Shown: positions 28,291-39,540 of the stretch, piece by piece | Numbering within the stretch: the stretch's first letter is position 1 | How the letters are laid out: every line of letters begins with the position of its first letter | Assembly (NCBI GenBank): GCA_013265495.1 | Contig: MU058844.1 | Location: 7,377,260 to 7,441,259 of the forward strand | DNA length: 64,000 nt | Reading direction: 5' to 3' | From: Vicugna vicugna | Lineage: Eukaryota | Translations under genes and position numbers: made by a program | The notes under the pieces: generated by a model | What the model was told of the DNA's origin: nothing | The model's input: only the letters and a program-made list of their open reading frames with translations | The model's database searches: none

Positions 28291-28933
28291 TATATACTGA
28301 TGATGAAAATGAATGCAGGAAACTGATTTTTCTCTGGTTATTATTTAGTTTTGTAGACAGAGTTCTATAAGTTAGAAGCCATGCCTCATAGTTGTGATCA
28401 CAGGCAACTGTTTGCTAAAAATGAGACTAATATATTGCAAGTAAATTGGCAATTCTGGGAAGGGTCCAGGACTTCTTCAGTACTGAAAATAGTTCTAAAA
28501 TCACCTCATGAAAACAGTGTTTCAAAATGGTTTGTTTGGATCACACCCAAAAAGATATGAAAAAAGCAAAAGCAAAAGCTTAGCATTCTACATTAAAGTT
28601 TTTAGTTTCGTATCATCACCTAATGTATTGTAGCACACACATAATAGATACTGAATACTTTTTGAATGTATGCAACAGAATGTATATAATCTGAAAATAT
28701 ATTGTCAAGCCATCATGATGCAGTCTGATAACCGTAAGATGTAATTTTTCTCTTGTTTTATTATAATACAAGGAAAAATAATTATGACATATCTTATAAC
28801 ACAACTGAAAAGTCAGTAAACAGTGTTTAGAAGAAAGACAAAGGGAGGAGGAGGAAAGGGGAAGAAAGAATAAAAGAGGGAGAAGGTGGAGGGTAGAGAG
28901 AATGGAAGAGAGATAGAGGAGGGATATAGGGCT

Positions 28934-29550
28934 TGTTAGTTAGATAGAAATGATCACCAGGCTGGGGGAGAGGAAGAGGGAGGAAGCGACCCAGAAAATA
29001 ACAGTATACCTGTGCCCAGGATAAGGGGCTCCTTTTACTTCTCTAAATGAAGTCTAGCAAAGAAGCTGGCTAGAATCCAGTGCTGTGGCTGCATGGTAGA
29101 GAGAAGGACCCGGCTTAACCTGACCCAGTGCTCATTATAATGCAATTAACATTACAGTTTGAGCCCCCTCCCATAGGTTTCTCTGTGTGCATCATGGGTA
29201 AAAACATGCATAAAAGAGATGGGCGTGCCTGAACACAAGGAATATGAGCTGTCAATCAGCCTAAGCACTCAAAGAACATGCGTCGTCAATCAGTCAATCA
29301 CCAAAAAAAAAAATGCTTCCTAAGCCAGGATATAAAAACAGGAAAAAGAAAGGAGCAGTGCCATTTTTCCTCTCTTGGATTGGCCTGCCCCCAGTTCTCT
29401 GGGGTGCGCTATATTTTACTACGTTTTTACTTCACTAATAAAATCTTTTGTTTATATCACACTCTCTGTCTCCCATTAGAAATTCTCCTTTTTTTTTTTT
29501 TTTGGATGACTAAAAACCGAAGTAACTTTTATTCTTCTCCTTCCGGTAAT
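28934..29550 (+). mobile_element. ERV1-like solo LTR
   Basis: U3-R-U5 layout: TATAAAA 29331-29337, AATAAA 29437-29442, end 'ccggtaa'; start 'tgttag' and imperfect flanking gggct/gggtt; 5' boundary uncertain. Confidence 0.7.
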
Positions 29551-29559
29551 GGGTTTACC

Positions 29560-29676
29560 TCTTCTTCCAAAGCCATGGAAGGTATTCCTCCTGCTTCCCA
29601 TTTGGAAGTTGGCTGTGACTATATAACTTATTTTGGCTAGTGAAATATGAATTAAAGTGACTTGTATCACTTCTTA
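29560..29676 (+). mobile_element. MLT1 (MaLR) fragment
   Basis: 'gaagttggctgtgactatataacttattttggctagtgaaatatgaattaaagtgacttgtatcacttc'. Confidence 0.65.
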
Positions 29677-30703
29677 GCTGCTTCTAACACAATTTGGCAT
29701 TCAGGTGGCAATTTGGTACCTTTTGCACTGCAAACAATATAGATATTGTTTGATTTTCTTTTTTCAGTAAGGCCATCCCAAACTCATCTTTACTTTTTTA
29801 TCCTTTTGAAATGAGCTTATATTTCTAGCTGAATAGTTTCAGGGCTTCTTCTTCCCTCCCATGCAATGAAATTCAATAATGCCAGTATCACACAGATTGT
29901 CAGGAGAGAGAGAAAAAATTTTTGAGAACTTCGTGCCTTCTTTTGTGCCTTGTTATTTTAAAATTTTTGTTGTCCTAAGTGTAGGGCCTGCCCTCCAGGT
30001 GGGAAGTCTAACCTGTTTTCTGCAAGATGGGATGTGCCACTTGAGTTTGGTTTGATCTCTTGCTTGAGGGTAACAACCAATTTGGTTAGATTGGTTAGGT
30101 CTGCTGGTAGTGACAGCCCTACAGCTCATGCGCTGTGCTGTTTGTAATTCAGTACCTAATTTTCATTGCACAGATGCCTCTTTTCAGCAGGTGAAAAGCA
30201 GAATTGTGTGCACAGCTCACCCTCCCAATCAGGAGACTGATTCTGGATTAAACAAACAAACAAACAAACAAAAAAACATACTAGGTGACTTCTTCTCCAA
30301 GGCTGCTTTCTCTGACAACGGCAATGGAAAAACTAGCTCCAAAAGAGATGCTTCACGATCTTCATACAACCCACATACATGTTCTGCTCTGTCTTGGCTG
30401 TCTTGTTATTATTGGAGGAGTCTAAAGAATTTGTGTTATTTTCCAATCTGCCATGACTCACTATGCTTCCAAGCTGGGGAGTGTGATTCAATATGAAACT
30501 CTCATTTTGGTTATCTCCACATTAAATATGTGGCAGTTATTCTTGGATATGAGTAGAGGATGTAAAATACATGAAAGTTTTCTTTTTAAATTATGTTTTA
30601 TGTGCTGAGTATTTTTGTTTGTTGATTTCATGTTCTTTGTTCATTATACAATAAATGTTAGGTTTCGTTTTGTTTTGTCTTTTCATTTTAGTTAAGATTA
30701 CAC

Positions 30704-30910
30704 ACTCTCAGGCAAACTGGGTTCAAATCCTGGTTCTGAGGTTTAGGGATAGTTACCAAACTCTGTGTCTCAGTTTTGTTATTTTAAATGGGAATAATGA
30801 TAGTAGCCATTTTTTGGTATTGTTTTGAGGATTAACTATATCCATTCATATCCGGAGTTTATAACAAATACGTAGTAACCACTTGACAGTTGTTGACTGT
30901 TACTAGCTAT
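30704..30910 (+). mobile_element. MIR
   Basis: 'ctgggttcaaatcctggttctg...ctctgtgtctcagtttt...aaatgggaataatgatagta...ttgttttgaggattaa'. Confidence 0.8.
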
Positions 30911-30994
30911 CATCTTTTCTGGAATTCCCTGACTCTGTTCTTTGTCTACCTTATCATATCCTGTCCTCCTATTAGTACTATACTTGATTATACG

Positions 30995-31100
30995 TTACAT
31001 TTTACACATGAGAAAGCCAAGGTTCATAAAATTTGATTTACCTGCCCAAATCCCACTGACAGTAAGTGGTCAAACCAGCACTTGAAGCCAAAGTTAGCTA
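30995..31100 (-). mobile_element. MIR fragment
   Basis: 'cattttacacatgagaaagccaaggttca...cctgcccaaatccc...agtaagtggtcaaaccag'. Confidence 0.7.
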
Positions 31101-31476
31101 ATTTTTCAAAGGCCAAACGTATGTTTTCAGTACATGATGGTGCCTTTTGTAATTTTCTAATGCATCATGGAATATTTCTCCTTACAGTCAATTATTACGT
31201 GAAATGTTCCCCCATATCATCTCATGCATATATGAAACTTTAAGTATGACAAAAGAGAATAAATGTTCTACAAAACATTACAAAATAGCAAAAATACTAA
31301 CTTCACATTTCTAAAAGTGGTGATATAAATAATTTAGGTTCAAAATCTAAAGCTATCATGTTGACTATATTCTACTTTAGGTACTACAACAATTTCAATG
31401 AACTGCCTTATTATTTTTCTGGAGACTTAGCTAATAATTCATTTCATGTTACTTATGAAACAGCTCATCGTAGTGG

Positions 31477-31502
31477 GTGTGTGTGTGTGTGTGTGTGTGT
31501 GT
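31477..31502. repeat. (GT)13 microsatellite followed by a GA-rich tract
   Basis: Read directly from sequence. Confidence 0.95.
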
Positions 31503-32037
31503 ATGAGTGTATGACAGAGAGAGAAAGAGAGATCGAGAAGGGGGATGGAAGAGGGAGATAGAGTGGGAAATTCTCTCCAAATGGAGACTCTGTACTACAG
31601 TCTGTCTCTCAATGTACTACTTTGTTCATGCTTAGTCTTTTTCATGTTACTGTCTTATTTTTTTTAACCAGAAAAATGTGCAGTAGTTACTTAATTTTCT
31701 TATACTGTCCCCTTATTTCCACAATGTGTTTCCTCCTTTCCAAACATTAAATTAGACATTATTTTAATATTGCAGTTTTTATGAATTGAAGCAACTTTAA
31801 TAATCATAATTTGCAATTTTAAAAACAGAATAAAAAAGTTCACTACAGAATTCTGAAATTCATGCAAATGTTAAGGATGCCAAATGAGTTTACTTAGGAA
31901 CTAGTTTGAATTCTATACTTATTTAGGGTAACATTTGATTTATTCCAAAATGTGAATTTTAAGTTACCATCTATAATTTATTTCAGAGGTGTCTGATGTC
32001 TCATGTCTTAATTCACTGTACATTCTTTCAAACACCT

Positions 32038-32245
32038 GTAGTCAGAAAAACATTGATTTGAATTCTGTTTTTGTCATAATCTCTCAGACTCTGAATAAGA
32101 AATATAATCTCATTAGAGCTGATTTCCTAGTGTAAAATAAGAAAAATAATACCTAACTTAGAAGTTTTTGGTTAAGATTAAAATATTTGTAAGTTAAGAA
32201 CATACACTCTTGTCATATAGTAAATACTCAGCAAGTGGGAGCTCC
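32038..32245 (+). mobile_element. MIR
   Basis: 'gtcagaaaaac...tttgaattctg...tgtaaaataagaaaaataatacctaactt...catatagtaaatactcagcaa'. Confidence 0.65.
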
Positions 32246-35200
32246 CATTTCTTGTCTTACTTTTGAGTCACTATTTTTTGCCTTGTACTGTATGTGAGTT
32301 ATCAGCTATATAAATCAGAGAGATGGCTACAGTTTTTAATTTCCATGATATAAAGGAGCTCACCTTTGATATTAGATAATAAAATTAATAGTAAACTTCA
32401 GAGTACGTTACACTACTTTTATTCAGGAACAGCATTATAACAACTAACTCTGGTGGAGATAAAGGAAGAAGGTGAACATGAGGACGTGAGGGATAGGCTC
32501 AAAGCGTAGCAGCACCTAATGAGATAAAAGACTACTAAAAATCAATGCCAAAAAACTCAGCTACCTGCATAAATGTCCATGGCACATTGTTAACTTTGAA
32601 AAAAATAAAAAGGAAATTGAATAATATGTATAGTATGAATATTTTTGTGTACAAGGAACAAACATAAATGTCCATAATATTTGACATTTCCTATTTGATC
32701 CTACATGTCAAAGGCAGGTTTGAGTTTCCTTAAATAAAAGTAGGTAATTTATTGAAAGCATATTAATTTCAGTAGACACAAGTCAGAAGACAATTAAGTG
32801 CTCCCCTTTTCTGGAATTTATTTTTAAGTTTATTTCTACAAATGTTTACCATTTTAAAATAACCTCCTATTCTCAGTCAGCACTATCTTATTTTAAAAAA
32901 GAGAAAGAAATATTAATTTTTTTCATCCTGTGTGTGAATTTGCCTAGGGTGTTTGAGTGCTGCATGCCTATAAATGCTATCTGAAATAAAGAATTGACTT
33001 TCAGTAAGACAATAAGCAACATTATAAAAATAGCATTTTATTTTCATTAAAATATGATGGAAGCGTTAAAAAATTGACTTAAACTCTTGACTAAAAAACA
33101 TAATAACAAAAACAAACCAATAGACTAAAAAGAAGATAAATCACACTGAACTAAATCCCAGTAAGATAATTTGTAAATTTAATAAAAGAAAAAAGAAACT
33201 TTTTTTTTAAATGCTAAAAATATTTTAACATATCTTCAAAAATTATCTTTTTTTTTTCTTTTTGGATAATTCAATGTGAAAAGACAACCCAAAAATCAAA
33301 ACAAGCAAGCATAAAATGATCACTAAATAGATTCATTCATCCATAAGCATTTTTTTGCATGTGCTAGCTATTCCTAGGACAAGAGTCCTAGAGGTAAAAG
33401 TGTTGTAGGGTTGCATAAAAAGTAGAGATAGGAGTGTCATCTAAGAGAATGTAGAGTGAATGTACAAAAAAGGAAGAGACTACCTGACATAAATGGATTT
33501 ATAATACGGAAGGTATCACTATATCCAGCTGGTCCAGGAAGAACAGGTACAAAACAGAAATCTGAAAAGAACCCAATGTGCAAGTAACAGGTTCAAGGGA
33601 GTTGAAGATGACTGCAGAAATATTAAACACATAAAATAAATTTATATGATTCATTGCAGGAAAGGAAGGAAATGTTCTGTAAAAACAGTGAAAAGTGATA
33701 GAATTAATGGATTTTAGTTCTTGATGGAGTTGAAGGGTTGTTCAAATTTGGGTACTAGAGAGAGTGAGCTGGAAAGGTGGAAAGGTGGGGTTGAGACTGT
33801 GATGCTGAAACCGGAAAAATAAATACATCTCCAACTGAGATTAAATCCTTCTTATATAATGTGAGTTTGAAAAAGACACTAGTGTAGCTAACAGCACAAC
33901 TTACCATATTTATAGAAACACAAGTCAAGGCATATGTTCTACTAGTGAAGGGCCAAGAACATGAAGAATAGGATGCTTATGTCATTGCCAAAGGTGTTGA
34001 GAAAGCTAAATTTCCCAGTCAGTAGAATCTTGAGCTGCAGCGATGTTGCTAATAATAACAAACATCTTAAATATGCTTTGCTTGTTAAGGAACTCTTGGA
34101 AGCCAAGGTAATGATAATCTTTTGTATAGAATGATATAGAAAATTCAGTTATTCTTTTCCATAAAAAAAAAGCCTTTTACTTTTAATAAGGGGTTTGCAT
34201 TATATAATAAACATATATTCTTGAATTTAAAATTCAGACAGGGTGAATAAAAAAATGGAAGCACCTCTCCCACCCCTATTACACATCTTGATATAATTCT
34301 TCTTAAGAGTGTCCTATATACCCTAATGAAAATATTCAGAAAATCATTTAATTAGCAGACATTAAATTCTTAAACTCCTAAAACAGAGAAAAGTTATAGT
34401 TAAAACAATAAAAATGAGCTGGTTTGTTTTAGACTCTGACGATGATTATAAAAAATAACTTGTGACAGCAAATAAATATACCTTGAAAAATGTTTTATGC
34501 CAAATTATAGAGATTAATCCTTCTATTTCACTGCACTGCCATACTGTTACAGTGCCTGGAGAGAATGGGGAGTGGGGCAGTTCTGGCTCCTAGAGCATTT
34601 CCTACATTATTAAATATTTTCATGCACTAATAATCTTATTTTAATAAATCTATCTGAAGATAATAGATTTTTTCACATATGGAAGAAGTTTTATTGAAAG
34701 ACACGTGATGTGATTTGTCTGTATCAAGGTGTTTGCCTAAGTATCTTGAATATAGCATCAAACTTTCAGGTACACCAAATTTCAACATGAAATTTATTTG
34801 GGGAACTTTCTAAAATGAGCACTCTAATCTTGGGAAAGTAAAGAGACCATATTCTCCAACAAACACATCCTTGTATTTGATACAAACTCCTGATTTTTTT
34901 TTCCTATGGAAACAGCTTTGAACTTCAATGTTCAGTCTGCTTGCTAAGCCAAACTTCTACCATATCTAAATTTTGAATTATCATTAAACTACCTATAGAA
35001 TTAAATGAGCACATGGACATGGACACAAACTGTTTTGTTTAAAAAGAATACAGAACTATCATCCACCATTAGCTGATTTTTTTAAAGACAAAAAGTCGTA
35101 TAAAGAAGTATTCCAAGAGAAAGAGGACCCCTAACCGCTTCTCCCCCACCATCACTCTGGTTCCACGTGAGTAACTTCCCATTGCCATAACCACATTACG

Positions 35201-35639
35201 GAAGGAACGCTCAAGACAAAAGGCCCTACCACCTTTACACTTCTGCTGGAACATGTATCACCACATCTACTTCAGCATAAATAATTAAATGGGGATCTAA
35301 ATGATTTCCTTCTTTACATGAGCCTTAAAGATTCTGGGGTATAACTATATATTCCCATCTAGATGAGAGGTAATAGTTAAAAACTTAATCCCAGGCATTA
35401 TGGCTCAGGAGACTTATCTTTTCCCTATACTAAGTTTCTGACCTTGAGTAACTCCATTGACTCCCTTGGCCTCCTTTCACTCATCTGAAAAATCTCATAT
35501 GAGTGTTTTAAGGTTTTTTGTTTGTTTGTTTTAACAATTCACAGAAATTTGTACAAAGTTGTGTAATGGGCACTCAACAGACATCATCGTTTATTATTAT
35601 TCAGTGTGTTATGTTCTCACAGTTACTCTTCACAGGTAC

Positions 35640-37845
35640 ATTTCCCATGGTATTCTTTGCCTCCTTTTTTGTCCATCAATTGGTCATAAGTGTGTGGGTT
35701 TATTTCTTGGCTGTCTATTCTGTTTCATTGATCTACATATCTGTTTTTGTGTCAGTACCATACTGTTTGGATTATTGTAGCTTAGTAGTATAGTCTGAAG
35801 TCAGGGAGCATGATACATCCAGTTCAGTTCTTCTCTCTCAAGATTGCTTTGGCCCGTCAGTGTTTTTATGTTTCCATATGCATTTTAGAACTATTTATTC
35901 TAATTTTGTGAAAAATGCCATGGTTGTTTTGAAAGGGATTGCTTTGAATCTGTAGATTGGCTTGGGTAGTATGGTCATTTTAGCAATATGCAATCTTCCA
36001 ATCCAAGAACACAGTATATTTCTCCATCTAGTTGTGTTGTCTTCGGTTTCTTCAGAGTTTTATAGTTTTCTGAGTAGAGGTATTTTACCACCTTAGATAT
36101 ATTCCAAGGTATTTTATTCTTTATGATGCAGTGGTAAATGAGACTGTTTTCTTTATTTCTCTGTTGATGGTTTATTGTTAGTGTATAGAAATGCAACAGA
36201 TTTCTGTATATTAATTTTGTATCCTGAAGCTTTACCAAAATCATTAGTAAGCTCTAGTAGTTTTTTGGTGACATCTTTAGGATTTTCTATGTATATTAAT
36301 ATGTCATCTACAAATGGTGCTAGTTTTACTTCTTACATTCCAATTTGGATTCCTTTTATTTCCTTTTCTTATCCGTGTGCTATGGTAGGACTTCCAATAT
36401 TATGTTGCATAAAAATGCTGAGAGTGGGCATCCTTGCCTTGGTCCCAATCTTAGAGAAAAAATATTTTCAACTTTTTAGCCTTGAGTACATTGTTAGCTG
36501 TAGGTCTATATATATGGTCTTTGTTATGTTGAGATATGTTCCCTCTATACAAACTTTGTTGAGAGTTTTTATCATAAGTGAATGCTGAAATTTGTCAAAA
36601 GCATTTTCTGCATCTATTGAGATGATCATATGATTTTTATTCTTCAGTTCATTAATGTGTTGTGGCACATTGATTAATTTGAAAGTATTGTACCATCCTT
36701 GCATCCCTGGGATCGATCCCACTTGATCATGGTGTATGATCCTTTTAAGATACTGTTGAATTCAGCTTGCTAATATTTTATTGAGGATTTTGTATCTATA
36801 TTCATCAGTGATATTGGCCTATAATTTTCTTTTTTGTGATACCTTATCTGGTTTTGGTATCAGAGTGATACTGGCCTCATAAAATGAGTTTAGAAGCATT
36901 CCTTCCTCTGAAGTATTTTGGAATAGTTTGAGAAGATAGATGTTAATTCTTCTCTAAATGTTTGGTAGAACTTACATGTGAAGCCATGTTGTCTTGGGCT
37001 TATGTTTGTTGAGTTGTTTTTTTTTAACTCATTCAATTGCACTTCTGGTAATTGGTCTGTTCATATTTTCTATTTCTGCCTGATTCAATCTTGGGAGAGT
37101 GTACATTTCTTAGAATTTGTCTATTTTTTCTAGGTTGTCCATTTTATTGATGTAAAATTGCTCAGAGTAATATCTTATGATCCTTTGTTTTCCTGTGGTG
37201 TTTGTTGTAATATTTTCTTTTTCACTTCTGATATTATTGATTTGGGCCCTCTCTCTTTTTTCTTGATGAGTCTAGCTAAATTTCATTAATTTTGTTTGTC
37301 TTTTCACAAAACCAGTTCTTAGCCATTGATTTTTTTCCTACTGATTTTTTGTCTCTATTTTATTTCTGTATGATTTCTTTCCTTTTACTACTGTTAGGTT
37401 TTCTTTGTTCTTTCTTTAGTTCCTCTAGGGTAAGTTCGGTTGTTTAATTGAGATTTTTCTTGCTTCTTAGGTAGGATTGCATTCCTACAAATTTCCCCTT
37501 TAGAACTGCTCTTGCCGCACTCCATAGATTTTGGATTGTTGTATGCTTGGTTTCATTGCACCCCAGGTATTTTATTTTTTTAATCTCTATTTTGATTTCT
37601 TCAGTGAGCCATTGTTTATTTCATAATATATTGTTTAGCTACTACGTGTTTGTGTTTTTTGCAGTTTTTTTCTTATAGTTTATTTCTAGTCTCATAATGT
37701 CATGGTCGGAAGAGATGCTTGATATTTTTCAATTTTCTTAAATTTATTGAGACTTGTTTTGTAGCCTAACATTTGATCTATCCTAGAGAATATTCTATAG
37801 ATACTTGAAAAGAATGTATATTCTGCCACTTTGGGGTGGAATGTT

Positions 37846-37880
<35 letters not shown>

Positions 37881-38367
37881 TGTCCATTTGGTCTAATATG
37901 TCATTTAAGGACAGTGTTTCTTTATTGATTTTCTGTCTGGTTAATCTGTCCATTGATACAAGTGAAGTGTTAAAGTCCTTTACTATGGTAGGTGTTATTG
38001 TCAATTTATCCCTTTATGTTCGTTAATACTTGCTTTATGTATTTAGGTGCTCCTATGTTGGGTACATACTTATTTACAGTTGCTGTATCTTCTTGGTTGA
38101 TTCTTATCCTCAATCATTATATAATGCCTTTCTTTGTCTCTTATTACAGTCTTTGTTTTAACATCTATTTTATGTGATATAAGTATTGCTACCCCAGCTT
38201 TCTTTTGAGTTCCATTTGTATGAAATACCTTTTTCCATCTCTTCCCTTTCAGTCTCTGTGTGTCTTTAGATGTAAAATGAGTCTCTTGTAGGCAACATAT
38301 ATATGGAACTTGCTTAGAGAAGTCCCATTAAAATTTCTTATAAAGCTGATTTTCTGGTGCTGACCTT
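35640..38367 (-). mobile_element. L1 ORF2 (endonuclease and reverse transcriptase), decayed and lacking its 3' end; joined by an internal deletion to the end of ORF1
   Basis: Minus ORF 36468-36722 gives [23 protein letters not shown] (L1 RT); the minus strand near 38280-38310 reads ICCLQETH (EN); many stops and frameshifts; (TTTA)n at ~37845-37880. Confidence 0.95.
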
Positions 38368-38599
38368 AGGATATCAGCTGACTTTTCAGCAGATACTCCA
38401 CAAGCCAGATGTGAATGGCACAACATATGTAAAATAATGAAAGGGGAAAACCTCCAGCCAAAAATAATCTACCTGGCAAGCTTCATTCAGGTTTGATGGA
38501 GAGATCAAAAATTTTATACAGACACAAAAGCTAAAAAGGTCAGCACCAGAAAACCAACTTTACAAGAATTTTAATGGGACTTCTCTAAGCAAGTTCCAT
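38368..38599 (+). mobile_element. Inverted L1 ORF1 C-terminal segment belonging to the same insertion
   Basis: 'atcagctgacttttcagcagatactccacaagccaga' (SADFSA.T.QAR) ... 'gggacttctctaa' (GLL*). Confidence 0.9.
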
Positions 38600-38797
38600 G
38601 TCTGTAGGTTTCTTCACTCACGTGTCTGGTGCCTAGGAGGATTCTTGAAGGCTAGTCTTAGCTGGAACTGTTAACTGAAATGCCTACAGGTGGTTCCTAC
38701 TTGGGGTTAGGCTTCCTCACCGTATGGCAGTCTCAGAATAGCTGTTTAAGCCACCCCAGTCTGTGATATTCTGTTGGTAACCCCAGCAAAGTAATAT
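38600..38797. mobile_element. MLT1 (MaLR) fragments in both orientations
   Basis: 'ttcttcactcacgtgtctggtgcct...ggcttcctcaccgtatggcag' (antisense), then 'tttaagccaccccagtctgtgatattctgtt...aagtaatata' (sense 3' end). Confidence 0.7.
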
Positions 38798-38889
38798 AGT
38801 AGGGAAATATTGGGAGATTTTAAGTAAAGAAATAACAGGTTTGTATTGTACAGTGATCACTATGTCATATGAAAATTGAAGAATGGAAG

Positions 38890-39540
38890 TAGGGAAAATG
38901 TAAAGGTGTGGAAAATTATAAGAATAAAAATTGGTACAGTCATTTTGGAAGGCAGTTTGGCAGTACATATGAAATGTTTATAAATGCATGATATTTGTTA
39001 GAAGAATATTTATTAGAAAATACATAGTATTTGTTAGAAGTTAAAATAGAAGAAATTTCTTCTGTTTTGACTACTTTATAGATGAAGTCATACAATCATC
39101 CAAAGAAATTTATAGCAAGATAGTCATTGCAGCATTATTTATAATAATGCAAAACTGGGTTCATCTAAAACTCTATCTATGAAAAAAGTTAAACCAATTA
39201 TGGTATAACCATAGGGTACAATAAAATACAGCAATTGAAAATACTTACATATACATAATTTTTATATTTTTAACTATACCTATATATGTATTCAAGGCAA
39301 GCATGTATGTGTATGTAACACCCAAATGTACACATACACATGGAATTTTCCTATGAATAGAAAATTTGTTAAAGTCTACATAAGATATTATTAGCAGTTG
39401 CTACCTATGGGAAGTGGAAATGGTTAGGTGGGTGAATAGAGTGAATCAAGAAAGTGACTGTTACTTTTCTTTTAATACACTTCTAACTCTTTTAATTTCT
39501 TATGAGTATGTATTTCCATTAAATAAATTGATCTATTTTA
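38890..39540 (+). mobile_element. L1ME 3' fragment
   Basis: 'aaattggtacagtcattttggaaggcagtttggcagta...cattgcagcattatttataataatgcaaaactgg...aattatggtata'. Confidence 0.7.

Noticed and set aside
36175..36588. 137-aa hydrophobic ORF on the + strand
   Set aside because: Antisense reading of L1 ORF2, a common artefact
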